A DNA stretch of 64,000 nucleotides from Spirochaetia bacterium. GTDB taxonomy: Bacteria; Spirochaetota; Spirochaetia; CADAEX01. Position numbers and translations under genes: made by a program. The stretch is taken from contig OY759746.1 in NCBI GenBank assembly GCA_963662795.1, forward strand, positions 2,240,001 through 2,304,000, read 5' to 3'. The notes below the pieces were generated by a model. The model saw nothing but the letters and a program-made list of their open reading frames with translations. It was not told the origin of the DNA and made no database searches. This document shows, one piece after another, positions 41,079 to 51,048 of this stretch. Each line of letters starts with the position of its first letter. Position 1 is the stretch's first letter.

Positions 41079-42242
41079 TCATTTTAAAAGAAGGATATAT
41101 TTCTGAGGAGATCCCCCTGAAATAACCAGTGACTTATTTATAATATAACAATTTATTTCCGTTCTTATACCGAAATCATTAAAATAAAGTCCAGGTTCCA
41201 CTGAAAAACATGAACCTTCAATCAGCGGCCGGTTATCAGGGAATTCAACAGAGTCAAGATTTGCGCCGTATCCGTGCAGTTCAAGGTCAATTGCATGACC
41301 GGTTCTGTGTTTGATTGCATCTCCATAGCCTGATCCGTAAAGAACACTTCTTGCGATGGAGTCTGCTTCAGCTCCTGATACAGATGCATTTTTATCAAGC
41401 TGCCTGCTTATGAAATTTGTAACCGCATCTCTTGCTTCCATGACTGCTCCAAAGGAATTCTCCAAAGGTGCAGGGCAGAAGGGAGCTGTAAATCCGGCCC
41501 AGGAAATATCAGCATATACAGAACCGGGAATATCAAGTCTGCCCCAGATATCAAACTGTACCGGCATGTTTTTTTCAAGTACAGTATCACTTGTACCGGT
41601 ATCATAATGAGGGTCAGCTGTGTTTCCGGCAAATGCCAGAAGCGGAAGATGCTCTGTAACCAGATTATTTTCCCTGTACCTGTCAAGAATAAAAGCCTGT
41701 ATTTCCTTTTCTGTGACAGCCTGATTTTTTCCTATACAGGAAGAGATAAGATCCCAGCTTTCAGATATGATCTCATAGAGCGCCTTGCCTGCCTTCTCAT
41801 GTGAAGCCATCTGTTCTTTATCAAGCACTCCGATTGTTTTCTGAACAAGGGGGGCGGAGCTCTTGGTTCTGATTCCACAGCTCTCAAGCAGGGAAGCTGT
41901 ACCGCTGTCAAGAAAAGATATCTGGGTCAGGTTTATATCGTCCTGGACTGCAAAAAGCATTTCTTTAAATCTGCCTAAAATTACCTTAAGTTCATCCCTT
42001 GAGGTATATATAATCTTTTCGCCCGGCAGATGATCGAGAGCATCAGGTTCAACATTGTGTGTGATTTTTATATTTTTCCTGTCAGGAAAAATCAGATAAA
42101 ACCAGCCCCTGCTGTTTAATTTTGTACTGTCAATCCCTAAAATCAGATCCGAAAGAAGATCCCTGTGTCTGAAATTAAAAAAAAGCCATCCGGAATAGTT
42201 TTCTTCCAGAATGGCTTTTTCTATTTTATCCGCGTTGTACAT
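41079..42242 (-). CDS. M24-family (Xaa-Pro) aminopeptidase
   Basis: DPHY, YADIS, HRTGH, FSVEPGLY, GIRTE. Confidence 0.85.
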   Translation of the reverse strand: MYNADKIEKAILEENYSGWLFFNFRHRDLLSDLILGIDSTKLNSRGWFYLIFPDRKNIKITHNVEPDALDHLPGEKIIYTSRDELKVILGRFKEMLFAVQDDINLTQISFLDSGTASLLESCGIRTKSSAPLVQKTIGVLDKEQMASHEKAGKALYEIISESWDLISSCIGKNQAVTEKEIQAFILDRYRENNLVTEHLPLLAFAGNTADPHYDTGTSDTVLEKNMPVQFDIWGRLDIPGSVYADISWAGFTAPFCPAPLENSFGAVMEARDAVTNFISRQLDKNASVSGAEADSIARSVLYGSGYGDAIKHRTGHAIDLELHGYGANLDSVEFPDNRPLIEGSCFSVEPGLYFNDFGIRTEINCYIINKSLVISGGSPQKYILLLK

Positions 42243-42655
42243 TAAAAGGAGAATTCAGGCTTGTCTATATCAAAACTGTTATCGTATTTGTTGGGATCGG
42301 AAAGAGTTCCCCATGAAGGGTCGGATTTCTGTTCTCTTAAATACAGCCTCAGGTGGGAAAAGCCATTTTTGTCCCAGTATATGTTCATATAGGGATATTC
42401 AGGTTTAGACCCGTAAAAAACTTCCGCCAGCCATTTGTTGTCTGGCATCTGGGGGACCTGAAACCATTTATAGGGGATAAATACCCTGTGAAGATCCATG
42501 TTCTGTTTTTCATAAACTACCACAAATCCTTTCTGGTGGTGGTATACCTTGTATACTGTAACAGCTTTAACATAATAGTCTGACTCAGCACTGTATGTGC
42601 TGTATGTTATTGTCGCAAGTATTATCAGTGACAATATGACAACCCATTTTTTCAA
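42242..42655 (-). CDS. Exported hypothetical protein, translationally coupled to the peptidase
   Basis: GGAGG RBS + TTG, signal peptide, TAATG stop/start overlap. Confidence 0.7.
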   Translation of the reverse strand: MKKWVVILSLIILATITYSTYSAESDYYVKAVTVYKVYHHQKGFVVVYEKQNMDLHRVFIPYKWFQVPQMPDNKWLAEVFYGSKPEYPYMNIYWDKNGFSHLRLYLREQKSDPSWGTLSDPNKYDNSFDIDKPEFSF

Positions 42656-42753
42656 TTTAACGCCTCCGGATTGAAGAATAAAAAATACATTACAATTTAA
42701 TTAAAGATTCTTAAATTATATAACCAATAATTATTGAAATCAAGACAAAATAA

Positions 42754-43695
42754 TTATTCAAGACCTAAAGTGGCAAGCATGACCGCCTTTATTGTATGTT
42801 TGCGGTTTTCAGCCTGGTTCCAGGCTTCTGATCTGTTACCGTCAACAACATCTGCCGTTACTTCGTTTCCCTTAACCGCGGGAAGACAGTGCATGAATAC
42901 CGTATCTGTCTTGCCTGTGTTTTCCATCAGGGAACTGTTTACCTGATAAGGTTTAAGCAGTTTTACCCTTTCGGCAAGTTTGTCTTCCTCTCCCATTGAT
43001 GCCCATACATCTGTATATATTACATCGGCATCTTTAACCGCTTTTTTTACATCAGTTGTTATTTCAACAAGAGAACCTGATTTTTCTGCGAATTGTCTCG
43101 ACATAGTTACGATATTTTCCGAAGGAAGCAGCGAATGGGGAGAAGCAACAGTGATATCGGTACCCATTTTTGAGCATCCAATCATAAGTGAATTGGCAAC
43201 GTTGTTTCTGCCGTCACCCACATATACAAGCTTTATCCCTTCAAGCTTGCCTTTACTCTCTTCCACTGTCATTAAATCGGCAAGTATCTGAGTAGGATGA
43301 AAATCATCAGTAAGACCGTTGTATACAGGGACGCCGGAGTATTCTGCGAGAGTCTGGGCGTTTGAGGTCTTAAATCCCCTGAACTGAATACAGTCAAACA
43401 TTCTTCCCAGAACACGCGCTGTATCTTCTATTGATTCCTTCGCGCCGAGCTGAATATCTGCATTGGAAAGAAAAACAGGATGTCCCCCCTCTTCCCCGAA
43501 AGCAGTTTCAAAGGCGCATCTGGTTCTGGTTGATCTTTTTTCAAAAAGCAGGGCAATGGTAAGTCCTTTGAATCTTTCTTTACCTGAATGTTTTTCTTTT
43601 TTAACACTGTGTGAAAGGTCCAGCAGGTATCTGATTTCTTCCCTGCTGAAATCACGTAAAGTAATAAGCGATCTTCCCTTGAGGCTGGCTGACAT
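42754..43695 (-). CDS. argF: Ornithine carbamoyltransferase
   Basis: FEKRSTRTR, HPTQ, DVWASMG, FMHCLPA, QAENRKH. Confidence 0.93.
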   Translation of the reverse strand: MSASLKGRSLITLRDFSREEIRYLLDLSHSVKKEKHSGKERFKGLTIALLFEKRSTRTRCAFETAFGEEGGHPVFLSNADIQLGAKESIEDTARVLGRMFDCIQFRGFKTSNAQTLAEYSGVPVYNGLTDDFHPTQILADLMTVEESKGKLEGIKLVYVGDGRNNVANSLMIGCSKMGTDITVASPHSLLPSENIVTMSRQFAEKSGSLVEITTDVKKAVKDADVIYTDVWASMGEEDKLAERVKLLKPYQVNSSLMENTGKTDTVFMHCLPAVKGNEVTADVVDGNRSEAWNQAENRKHTIKAVMLATLGLE

Positions 43696-43742
43696 ATTTC
43701 GACCCCCCTGTATTTTAAATTCCAATTGTATTGATGGACAGC

Positions 43743-44993
43743 TTATGCTGTTTTCTGATCAGAAATGATTATTTCCGCTTTCTCTTTCCCTTCAATCACA
43801 TCCCGTGTAATAATGACTTTTTTGTTTCCTTCGATGGAAGGAAGATCATACATTATGTTAAGCATGATTGATTCTACAATAGAGCGTATACCCCTGGCTC
43901 CTGTTTTTCTTGATATTGCAAGCTCTGAAACCGCGTCAACCGCGTCATCCGTAAATTCCAGCTCTGTGTCATCAAGTTTGAGAAATTCCGTATACTGTCT
44001 GATTATAGCGTTTTTTGGTTCTGTTATAATTCTTCTTAAGTCTTCTTTTGTAAGGTTTTCAAGCGCAACCTGGATTGGAAGCCTTCCGATAAATTCCGGT
44101 ATAAGGCCGAATTTGATAAGATCATCCGGGTGCAGCTTCGAATACAGCTCAGAAAGATTTTTCTCTTCGGTCGGTTTAATGTCAGCGCCGAACCCCATCG
44201 GATGCTGTGAAACCCTTGCCTCAATTATCTTGTCAAGTCCGACAAAGGCGCCTCCGCAGATAAAGAGTATGTTCTCCGTGTTGATTTTAAGCATTTCCTG
44301 GTTCGGGTGTTTTCTTCCCCCCTGAGGCGGAACAGAAGCAATTGATCCTTCAATTATTTTTAAAAGCGCCTGCTGAACACCTTCTCCCGATACATCCCGT
44401 GTTATGGAAATATTTTCACCTTTCTTTGAAATTTTGTCTATTTCGTCAATATAGATAATCCCTTTCTCGGCAGCCTCGATGCTGTTGTTTGCCGACTGAA
44501 TAAGTTTCAGGAGGATATTTTCCACATCTTCCCCGACATACCCTGCTTCAGTAAGGGTTGTCGCATCAGCTATCGCGAACGGGACATTCAGTTTTTTTGC
44601 AAGACTTTTGGCAAGAAGTGTTTTACCTGTTCCGGTCGGTCCGATTATAAGGACATTTGATTTTTCTATTTCAACTTCACTGTTTAGCTTGTCTGAACCT
44701 GATATTCTTTTATAGTGGTTATATACTGCCACGGAAAGTGTTTTCTTTGCGTTTTCCTGGCCTATTACATACAGATCAAGGAATTTTTTAATCTCTTCAG
44801 GTTTTGATACTTTATCTGCAGCAATATCCCTGTTTATGACTTTGTTGTCACCCTGACTTATTATCCTGTTGCAGACTCCGACACACTCGTCACAGATATG
44901 GACACCCGGTCCTGAGATAATCTTTTTTGCCATTTCTCCGGGTTTCCCGCAGAAAGAGCATATCTGATATGTGTCTTTTTTATTTTTTGCCAT
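43743..44993 (-). CDS. clpX: ATP-dependent Clp protease ATP-binding subunit
   Basis: CSFCGK zinc finger, [27 protein letters not shown]. Confidence 0.98.
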   Translation of the reverse strand: MAKNKKDTYQICSFCGKPGEMAKKIISGPGVHICDECVGVCNRIISQGDNKVINRDIAADKVSKPEEIKKFLDLYVIGQENAKKTLSVAVYNHYKRISGSDKLNSEVEIEKSNVLIIGPTGTGKTLLAKSLAKKLNVPFAIADATTLTEAGYVGEDVENILLKLIQSANNSIEAAEKGIIYIDEIDKISKKGENISITRDVSGEGVQQALLKIIEGSIASVPPQGGRKHPNQEMLKINTENILFICGGAFVGLDKIIEARVSQHPMGFGADIKPTEEKNLSELYSKLHPDDLIKFGLIPEFIGRLPIQVALENLTKEDLRRIITEPKNAIIRQYTEFLKLDDTELEFTDDAVDAVSELAISRKTGARGIRSIVESIMLNIMYDLPSIEGNKKVIITRDVIEGKEKAEIIISDQKTA

Positions 44994-44999
44994 TAAAAA

Positions 45000-45596
45000 T
45001 TAACTCCTGGTAAGGATGGAATCGATAAGACCGTACTGCCGGCCTTCTTCCGCTGACATGTAATAGTCCCTTTCAAGATCTTTTGATACTGTTTTGACTG
45101 TTTTCCCGGTATGTTTTGCAAAGTAATCAATAATAAGGGTTTTCAGGCGGACTATCTCTCTTGCCTGTATATCAATATCCCTTGCCTGTCCCTGTACCCC
45201 TCCCCACGGCTGGTGGATAAGTATCCGGCTCGAAGGAAGACACTGTCTTTTTCCCGGTGTGCCGCATGTAAGTAACAGCGCCCCCATTGAAGCAGCCTGA
45301 CCCATGCATATAGTCTGAACGTCCGGCCTTATGTGCTGTATTGTGTCATAAACAGCAAGGCCTGCCGTAACAGAGCCGCCCGGAGAGTTTATATAAAGGC
45401 TGATGTCCCTCTGGGGATCCTGTGATTCGAGAAAGAGAAGCTGGGCTACAACAAGGTCTGCTGTAAGATCGTTTATTTCTCCGTCAAGAAAAACAATCCT
45501 GTCTTTAAGAAGGCGTGAATAGATATCATAGGACCTTTCGCCCGCACCTGTCTGTTCAATGACTATAGGTACAAGACTATTCATTTTTTCATTCAT
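45000..45596 (-). CDS. clpP: Clp protease proteolytic subunit
   Basis: [24 protein letters not shown]. Confidence 0.98.
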   Translation of the reverse strand: MNEKMNSLVPIVIEQTGAGERSYDIYSRLLKDRIVFLDGEINDLTADLVVAQLLFLESQDPQRDISLYINSPGGSVTAGLAVYDTIQHIRPDVQTICMGQAASMGALLLTCGTPGKRQCLPSSRILIHQPWGGVQGQARDIDIQAREIVRLKTLIIDYFAKHTGKTVKTVSKDLERDYYMSAEEGRQYGLIDSILTRS

Positions 45597-45621
45597 ATTT
45601 TATAACCTGCATTATATAAGA

Positions 45622-46980
45622 TTAATTATTCATCTGGATAAAATCAAGGAATTTAACTGTTTCTCCTGTTTTTATCACGCTGCTGTCGATCAGCATCTCA
45701 TAAGTTTTTCTTTCGATAAGGGAATGTTTCAAATAGGAGCTCATATTATTGTCTTCAATATATTTTCTGAACTCATCTTCTCCCATTCCGCTCTGAGCTG
45801 CCTGTTTTTTCAGTTCTTCTTCCGCCTCTTCGTCAGAAACTTCCAGTTTTTCCTCATCCATGATTTTACTCACTATAAGCTGCCCTTTGACGCTTTTTAC
45901 GGCAGAGGGTTTCCATTCTTCGAGAAGATCATCTTTTGTTTTATTCTGCATTTCAAGTAATTTAAGGACCTTGGTATCGTCTCCTCCAAACTGATACAGA
46001 AAATTCTGCCAGGAGTGTTCAAGTTCCTGCTCAACCATTGAGGAAGGCACATCAAGTGCCGATGCCTCAACAATTTTATCGATTATCCGCTGCTGTTTTA
46101 AAGCTTTGAGTTTTGAATCAATCATTCCATTCTGTTTTTCTTTGATGTCTTTTTTCAGATCATCAAGAGTTTTGTATTTTTCGCTTATATCCTGAGCAAG
46201 CTCATCATCAATAGCCGGAAGCTGTTTTGATTTGATCCCTGTTACCCTGATTTTGACTTTGACTTTTTTTCCGGCAAGTTCCTTGTATTCGAAGTCATCG
46301 CCGAATGTTTTTTCAACAGTTTTTTCTTCGTCTGTTTTCATCCCTGTAACATCGTCGTCAATCTTGTAATAGTTATATCCTGTTCCGACTGTGAAAGTAA
46401 AATCTTCCCTTGATGTACCCTCAACAGTATTTCCGTCTTCATCTATTTCACAGTAGCTGATTGTCGCTACATCGTTTTTCTCTACAACGCCCTCTTTTTT
46501 TTCTGTTACGACAGCATTCTGTTCCTGATATCTCTCAAGTTCCCTCTTTTCGTCTTCCTTTGAAATTTTTACTTTCGGAATTTCAATTTCAACACCTTTA
46601 TACTGTCCAAGTGTGATTTCAGGATATGTCTCATAGGAAACCTTGAAAACAAGGTCCTTATCAAGGTCTACCGTGAAAGATTCTTCATCGACAAGCCTGG
46701 GTGTGTAATATGGGAGCGGCTTTTTTTCAACATCTTTTAAAACATCTTCAAGGCTTTTTTCAACAAGGTTATAGCCTGATTCCATTTTAAGGCTGTCGCT
46801 GTATTTTCTTTCAAGAATGGCAACAGGAACTTTACCTTTCCTGAAACCCTTAACCTGTGCTGTTTTTGCGTATTTTCCCAATAATTCATCATACTCTTTT
46901 TTGAGTGATTCTTTTTCGATTGTTACGGAAAGTTCTACAACTGAATTCTCCAGAGTTTTAATCTCTTTATTCTTGATCAC
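45622..46980 (-). CDS. tig: Trigger factor
   Basis: GFRKGKVP ribosome-binding motif, tig-clpP-clpX synteny. Confidence 0.95.
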   Translation of the reverse strand: MIKNKEIKTLENSVVELSVTIEKESLKKEYDELLGKYAKTAQVKGFRKGKVPVAILERKYSDSLKMESGYNLVEKSLEDVLKDVEKKPLPYYTPRLVDEESFTVDLDKDLVFKVSYETYPEITLGQYKGVEIEIPKVKISKEDEKRELERYQEQNAVVTEKKEGVVEKNDVATISYCEIDEDGNTVEGTSREDFTFTVGTGYNYYKIDDDVTGMKTDEEKTVEKTFGDDFEYKELAGKKVKVKIRVTGIKSKQLPAIDDELAQDISEKYKTLDDLKKDIKEKQNGMIDSKLKALKQQRIIDKIVEASALDVPSSMVEQELEHSWQNFLYQFGGDDTKVLKLLEMQNKTKDDLLEEWKPSAVKSVKGQLIVSKIMDEEKLEVSDEEAEEELKKQAAQSGMGEDEFRKYIEDNNMSSYLKHSLIERKTYEMLIDSSVIKTGETVKFLDFIQMNN

Positions 46981-47199
46981 AATTTCCCTCTTTTCTAAGT
47001 ATTGTTATGTCGGCGCTGATTACGGCATAGACTGCTTCGTAATAATCCTGCGGCCGTGACGGGAATACCGAACATCTGATCAGAATCCCCATATTTTACT
47101 GATATATATGAAAACATATCAAAAGGGCGGTTTTTTGTATATACCCGTAGGGTATTAGAATATCCAAAGGGTATTTGATAACAATTGAACCGGCACATA

Positions 47200-47228
47200 A
47201 AAAAAGCGGCCCTTTAATGGACCGCTTG
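47200..47228 (-). terminator. Terminator after the tRNA cluster
   Basis: AAGCGGTCC...GGGCCGCTT hairpin followed by a T tract on the minus strand. Confidence 0.7.
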
Positions 47229-47239
47229 CTAAAAATTAG

Positions 47240-47311
47240 AGCGGGAGACGAGACTTGAACTCGCGACATCCACCTTGGCAAGGTGGAGCTCTACCACTGA
47301 GCTACTCCCGC
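47240..47311 (-). tRNA. tRNA-Gly(GCC)
   Basis: Reverse complement GCGGGAGTAGCTCAGTGGTAGAGC..CTTGCCAAG..GTTCAAGTC..CTCCCGCT folds as a cloverleaf. Confidence 0.95.
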
Positions 47312-47340
47312 AGATCAATTTTTTTCCTTCCCTGCTTTAT

Positions 47341-47422
47341 TGCGAGAGAAGGGACTTGAACCCTTAAACCCGAAGGCACCAGATCCTAAGTCTGGCGTGT
47401 CTGCCAATTTCACCACTCTCGC
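47341..47422 (-). tRNA. tRNA-Leu(TAG)
   Basis: GCGAGAGTGGTGAAATTGGCAGAC..CCAGA-CTTAGGA-TCTGG, long variable arm, GTTCAAGTC. Confidence 0.95.
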
Positions 47423-47526
47423 ATTTTATAACATGATAACAGAAAGTAAGTCAAGAGGAAACTGTTTTTAGCTGTCCGGTAAATACCTCTTCAGCACATA
47501 AAAAAGACAGCTGCCAAATGAAAAAA

Positions 47527-47599
47527 TGAGCCGTGAAGGGATCGAACCTTCGACCCGCAGATTAAGAGTCTGCTGCTCTACCAGCTGAGCTAACGGCCC
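47527..47599 (-). tRNA. tRNA-Lys(CTT)
   Basis: GGGCCGTTAGCTCAGCTGGTAGAGC, GCAGA-CTCTTAA-TCTGC, GTTCGATCC. Confidence 0.95.
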
Positions 47600-47613
47600 T
47601 GGTTAAAAAAACA

Positions 47614-47687
<74 letters not shown>

Positions 47688-47699
47688 CAGAAATAAATG

Positions 47700-47772
47700 G
47701 GTGGATGACGGGGCTCGAACCCGCAACAGCTGGAACCACAATCCAGTGCTCTACCATTGAACTACATCCACC
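47700..47772 (-). tRNA. tRNA-His(GTG)
   Basis: G-1/C73 pair, CTGGA-TTGTGGT-TCCAG, GTTCGAGCC. Confidence 0.95.
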
Positions 47773-47837
47773 ATCACTTTCGGTAAGTAATATGGAGGAT
47801 TTATCCTGTTTTGTCAAGAACCAGGATTTTTGCGCAG

Positions 47838-50048
47838 TTATTCTTTTATTGCAGATACAAAGAGGTAAACGCTCTTCCATTTCACCTCTCTGCCTCCAAG
47901 TTTTTTAATTGATTCCTCCCTTATTTTACTGTAAAGAGCAGTTCCGGCGGAGGATGAAAGGATGCTGCCGTAGCTGTCCGGTTTTTCAATATTAAACCAC
48001 TTCTCAATATCAGAAGTCTGGATAAGGCGGGTTTCAAACCATGTTTTTTCCCGGCTCCTTATTTCCCTGAAGCCGGCCCCTGACAGGGTCTCTTTTATGA
48101 TATCTTCACTCAAATCTGTAATATTGCCCGTTCTTGATGTATATATTCTTTCTTCCGCATTTATAAATTCCTGCAGTTCATGGCTGCTGAGGAAAGAGGT
48201 ATCAAGGAGCTGCGAAATTCTGGAAGACTTTGAAACAAGGTTTTCCGCAATTGAAATCCTTCCTCCTGTATCAAGTAATGTGAAGAAGCCTGCTGCAAGG
48301 GCAGATCTGTCATTATACCGGAGAAAGATATTTTTACCTGTAATAATATCAAAAATACCTGGTTCTGTTTCTTTTGCCATATAATCATTTAGATGATTTT
48401 TTATAACAACAGGTTTATCCCCGTTTTCTGCCGGCAGGGGATGTTTTTCAATTATTTCGATGTCTGAAGGATTGTCCCCGATATAAAAAACCCCTCCTTC
48501 AGGGACATGCCGCAGCCCTTCCCATACAAGAAGGCCCCTGTCCGCGGATGCCACAAGTATTCTGTCATATCGCCTTATCTTTATCTGCGAGAATATCTCT
48601 TCCCTGACGGCAGAGAGAATTACGTTTTTATTATCAGAGATCCTTTTAAGCCATGCGTCCCTTTTTTTGTCTGGAGGGGAAAATGTCAGAATTTCCTCAT
48701 CAGTGTCCTCCCTTTCGGCCTGTGCTGCGAGCTGTACTTCCCTCCTTCTGGAAAGTTCATTTTTAAGTTCTGCCTCAAATCCGATATCACCGGGTCTGTA
48801 GAAAATACGTCCTTTCAGGGCTTCCGGCAGGTACTGCTGGGCAACCCAGTGGTCCCTGTATGCGTGGGGATAAAGATAGTTTTTGCCATGCCCGAAACTG
48901 TTTTTGTCTCTGGATGAATCCTTGAGATTTACCGGAACTTCACTTTGTTTTTCCTCTCTTACAGCTTCAAGCGCGTCAAAGAAGGAGAGGGCAGTGTTTG
49001 ATTTTTTGGCGCATGCAAGATAAAGGGCTGTTTCAGCCAGAATAAGCTGTCCTTCAGGCATTCCAATTCTCTCAAAAGCCTGCGCCGCGGCATTTACAAC
49101 AAGAAGTGCGTTCGGATCTGCAAGGCCGATATCTTCAGCTGCTGAAATTATCATTCTTCTGAGAATGAACTTGGGATCTTCTCCCGCATCAACCATCCTT
49201 GCCATCCAGTAAAGGGCGGCATCCGGGTCGGATCCCCTTATTGATTTGATAAAAGCGCTGATTGTATCAAAATGGTAATCCCCTTCTTTATCATAGAGCA
49301 GTACTTTTTTCTGAATACTCTCTTCAGCTGTTTCCATGGAGACATATATCGGCCGCCCTTCCTGGGGAGGGAACTCTTCCGGTGTAGTTTCTATCGCAAG
49401 CTCAAGTGCATTGAGCATACTTCTTGCGTCTCCATTCGCTATATCGGCAAGATGTTCAAGCGAACCTTTTTCAAATTCTATCTTATATTTACCGTACCCC
49501 TTCTCTGTATCGGATAAGGCCTTTTCAGCTGCTCTTAACAGGTCTTCTTTTGTAAGGGGGAGAAGCTGAAATATCCTGCTCCTGCTTACAAGGGCGGAAT
49601 TTACCTCATAGAAGGGGTTTTCCGTTGTCGCCCCGATAAGGATAAAGGTTCCGTTTTCAACCCATGGCAGGAGCGCGTCCTGCTGGGCCTTGTTCCACCT
49701 GTGTACTTCATCGACAAAGAGGATTGTCTTCTGGTCATAAAGTTCAAGTTTCTTCTTTGCCTCAATTATGGCCTCACGTATCTCTTTTACTCCGGAGAGG
49801 ACGGCATTGATTGTAATAAAAGCGCTTTTGGTAGTTTTCGCGATAATCCGCGCAAGTGTTGTTTTCCCTGTTCCCGGAGGTCCGTAGAATATAAGGGATG
49901 AAAGCTGGTCTGCCTGTATTGCCCGGCGAAGCAGCCTCCCTTTTCCTACAAGATGTTCCTGGCCGATAAAATCATCCAGATTCTCAGGCCGCATCCTTGC
50001 AGCGAGAGGCAGAGCTTTTTGGTCTGCTGATGCGATAAATAAGTCCAT
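47838..50048 (-). CDS. rarA: Replication-associated recombination ATPase with C-terminal methyltransferase-like extension
   Basis: [49 protein letters not shown]; about 250 extra C-terminal aa. Confidence 0.9.
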   Translation of the reverse strand: MDLFIASADQKALPLAARMRPENLDDFIGQEHLVGKGRLLRRAIQADQLSSLIFYGPPGTGKTTLARIIAKTTKSAFITINAVLSGVKEIREAIIEAKKKLELYDQKTILFVDEVHRWNKAQQDALLPWVENGTFILIGATTENPFYEVNSALVSRSRIFQLLPLTKEDLLRAAEKALSDTEKGYGKYKIEFEKGSLEHLADIANGDARSMLNALELAIETTPEEFPPQEGRPIYVSMETAEESIQKKVLLYDKEGDYHFDTISAFIKSIRGSDPDAALYWMARMVDAGEDPKFILRRMIISAAEDIGLADPNALLVVNAAAQAFERIGMPEGQLILAETALYLACAKKSNTALSFFDALEAVREEKQSEVPVNLKDSSRDKNSFGHGKNYLYPHAYRDHWVAQQYLPEALKGRIFYRPGDIGFEAELKNELSRRREVQLAAQAEREDTDEEILTFSPPDKKRDAWLKRISDNKNVILSAVREEIFSQIKIRRYDRILVASADRGLLVWEGLRHVPEGGVFYIGDNPSDIEIIEKHPLPAENGDKPVVIKNHLNDYMAKETEPGIFDIITGKNIFLRYNDRSALAAGFFTLLDTGGRISIAENLVSKSSRISQLLDTSFLSSHELQEFINAEERIYTSRTGNITDLSEDIIKETLSGAGFREIRSREKTWFETRLIQTSDIEKWFNIEKPDSYGSILSSSAGTALYSKIREESIKKLGGREVKWKSVYLFVSAIKE

Positions 50049-50475
50049 ACGCAGATTATAGTTTAAAAAAGATTTTTCTGTAAGATTTATTCCCTTTCTG
50101 CTCAAGGATATTAATAGCCGGTTTTTTATGGCAGAAGCAGGACCTGAGCAAAAAAACTCCAATAAATTTCAGTAAAAATTTTCAGGGTAAAAAGAACGAA
50201 AAATCCTTTTTTTGAAGAGATTATCATATTAAATGATATGAATAAGTGAAAATGTCTGAAAAATAACACAACAATCAGGCCGAAATCAAGGATTTATTAT
50301 TTTAATGTGAATTGTATAACTACAAATAAAAATAGGTATTTTATTAATCAAAAATTTATGTTAATAAAATATTATTGCACATTTAATGTAACTGATGTTA
50401 CAATAAAAACTGCAGTACAGATGAAATTTCAGTAATTTTATCCGGTACTGATAATCTAAGCAATGAAGGGAGTTT

Positions 50476-51048
50476 GTGCAAATGAAAACCGAGCTTGATG
50501 AAGCCAAGAAAGAAACCGCACAGTGCAGCTGCAGCGAAGATGAAGAATCTTTATATTCAGGTCTTGATGTGGTAATAGACGGGTTTATAGGTGTCCCCGG
50601 GGCCCTGATTCCGGTTCTCCAGTCCACGCAGAATATTTTCGGCTATCTGCCGGAAAAAGCGCTTAAGCATATAAGTGAAAGAATGAAGATACCATACAGT
50701 GAAGTAACAGGTGTTGTAACATTTTATTCATATTTTTCCACTGTTCCACGCGGGAAACACATAATCAGGGTCTGCCTTGGCACTTCCTGCTATGTCAGAG
50801 GGGGAAAAGAGGTACTGGAGGCGATCCAGAAAAAACTTTCAATTCCTGTGGGCGGCACTACTGTGGACAAGATGTTCTCACTGGAAGTCGGCAGATGTTT
50901 CGGTGCATGCGGTCTTGCGCCTACAATTTCAATAGACGGAGAAGTGTATAAAAAAGTAAAACCGACAAAAATAGGTGAAATAATTGAACCGTTTTATGCT
51001 GAAGCTGACGCTGAAGCTAATGCCGGTGCTGACAGGGAGGAGGTTTAA
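50476..51048 (+). CDS. hydC: [FeFe]-hydrogenase 1 gamma subunit (NuoE-like, 2Fe-2S)
   Basis: VTFY, CLGTSC, CFGACGLAP. Confidence 0.9.
   Translation: MQMKTELDEAKKETAQCSCSEDEESLYSGLDVVIDGFIGVPGALIPVLQSTQNIFGYLPEKALKHISERMKIPYSEVTGVVTFYSYFSTVPRGKHIIRVCLGTSCYVRGGKEVLEAIQKKLSIPVGGTTVDKMFSLEVGRCFGACGLAPTISIDGEVYKKVKPTKIGEIIEPFYAEADAEANAGADREEV

Noticed and set aside
50049-50162. Longer rarA start given in the ORF track
   Set aside because: Family similarity starts at MDLF...PLAARMRP (ATG 50048); the upstream part is promoter-like DNA.
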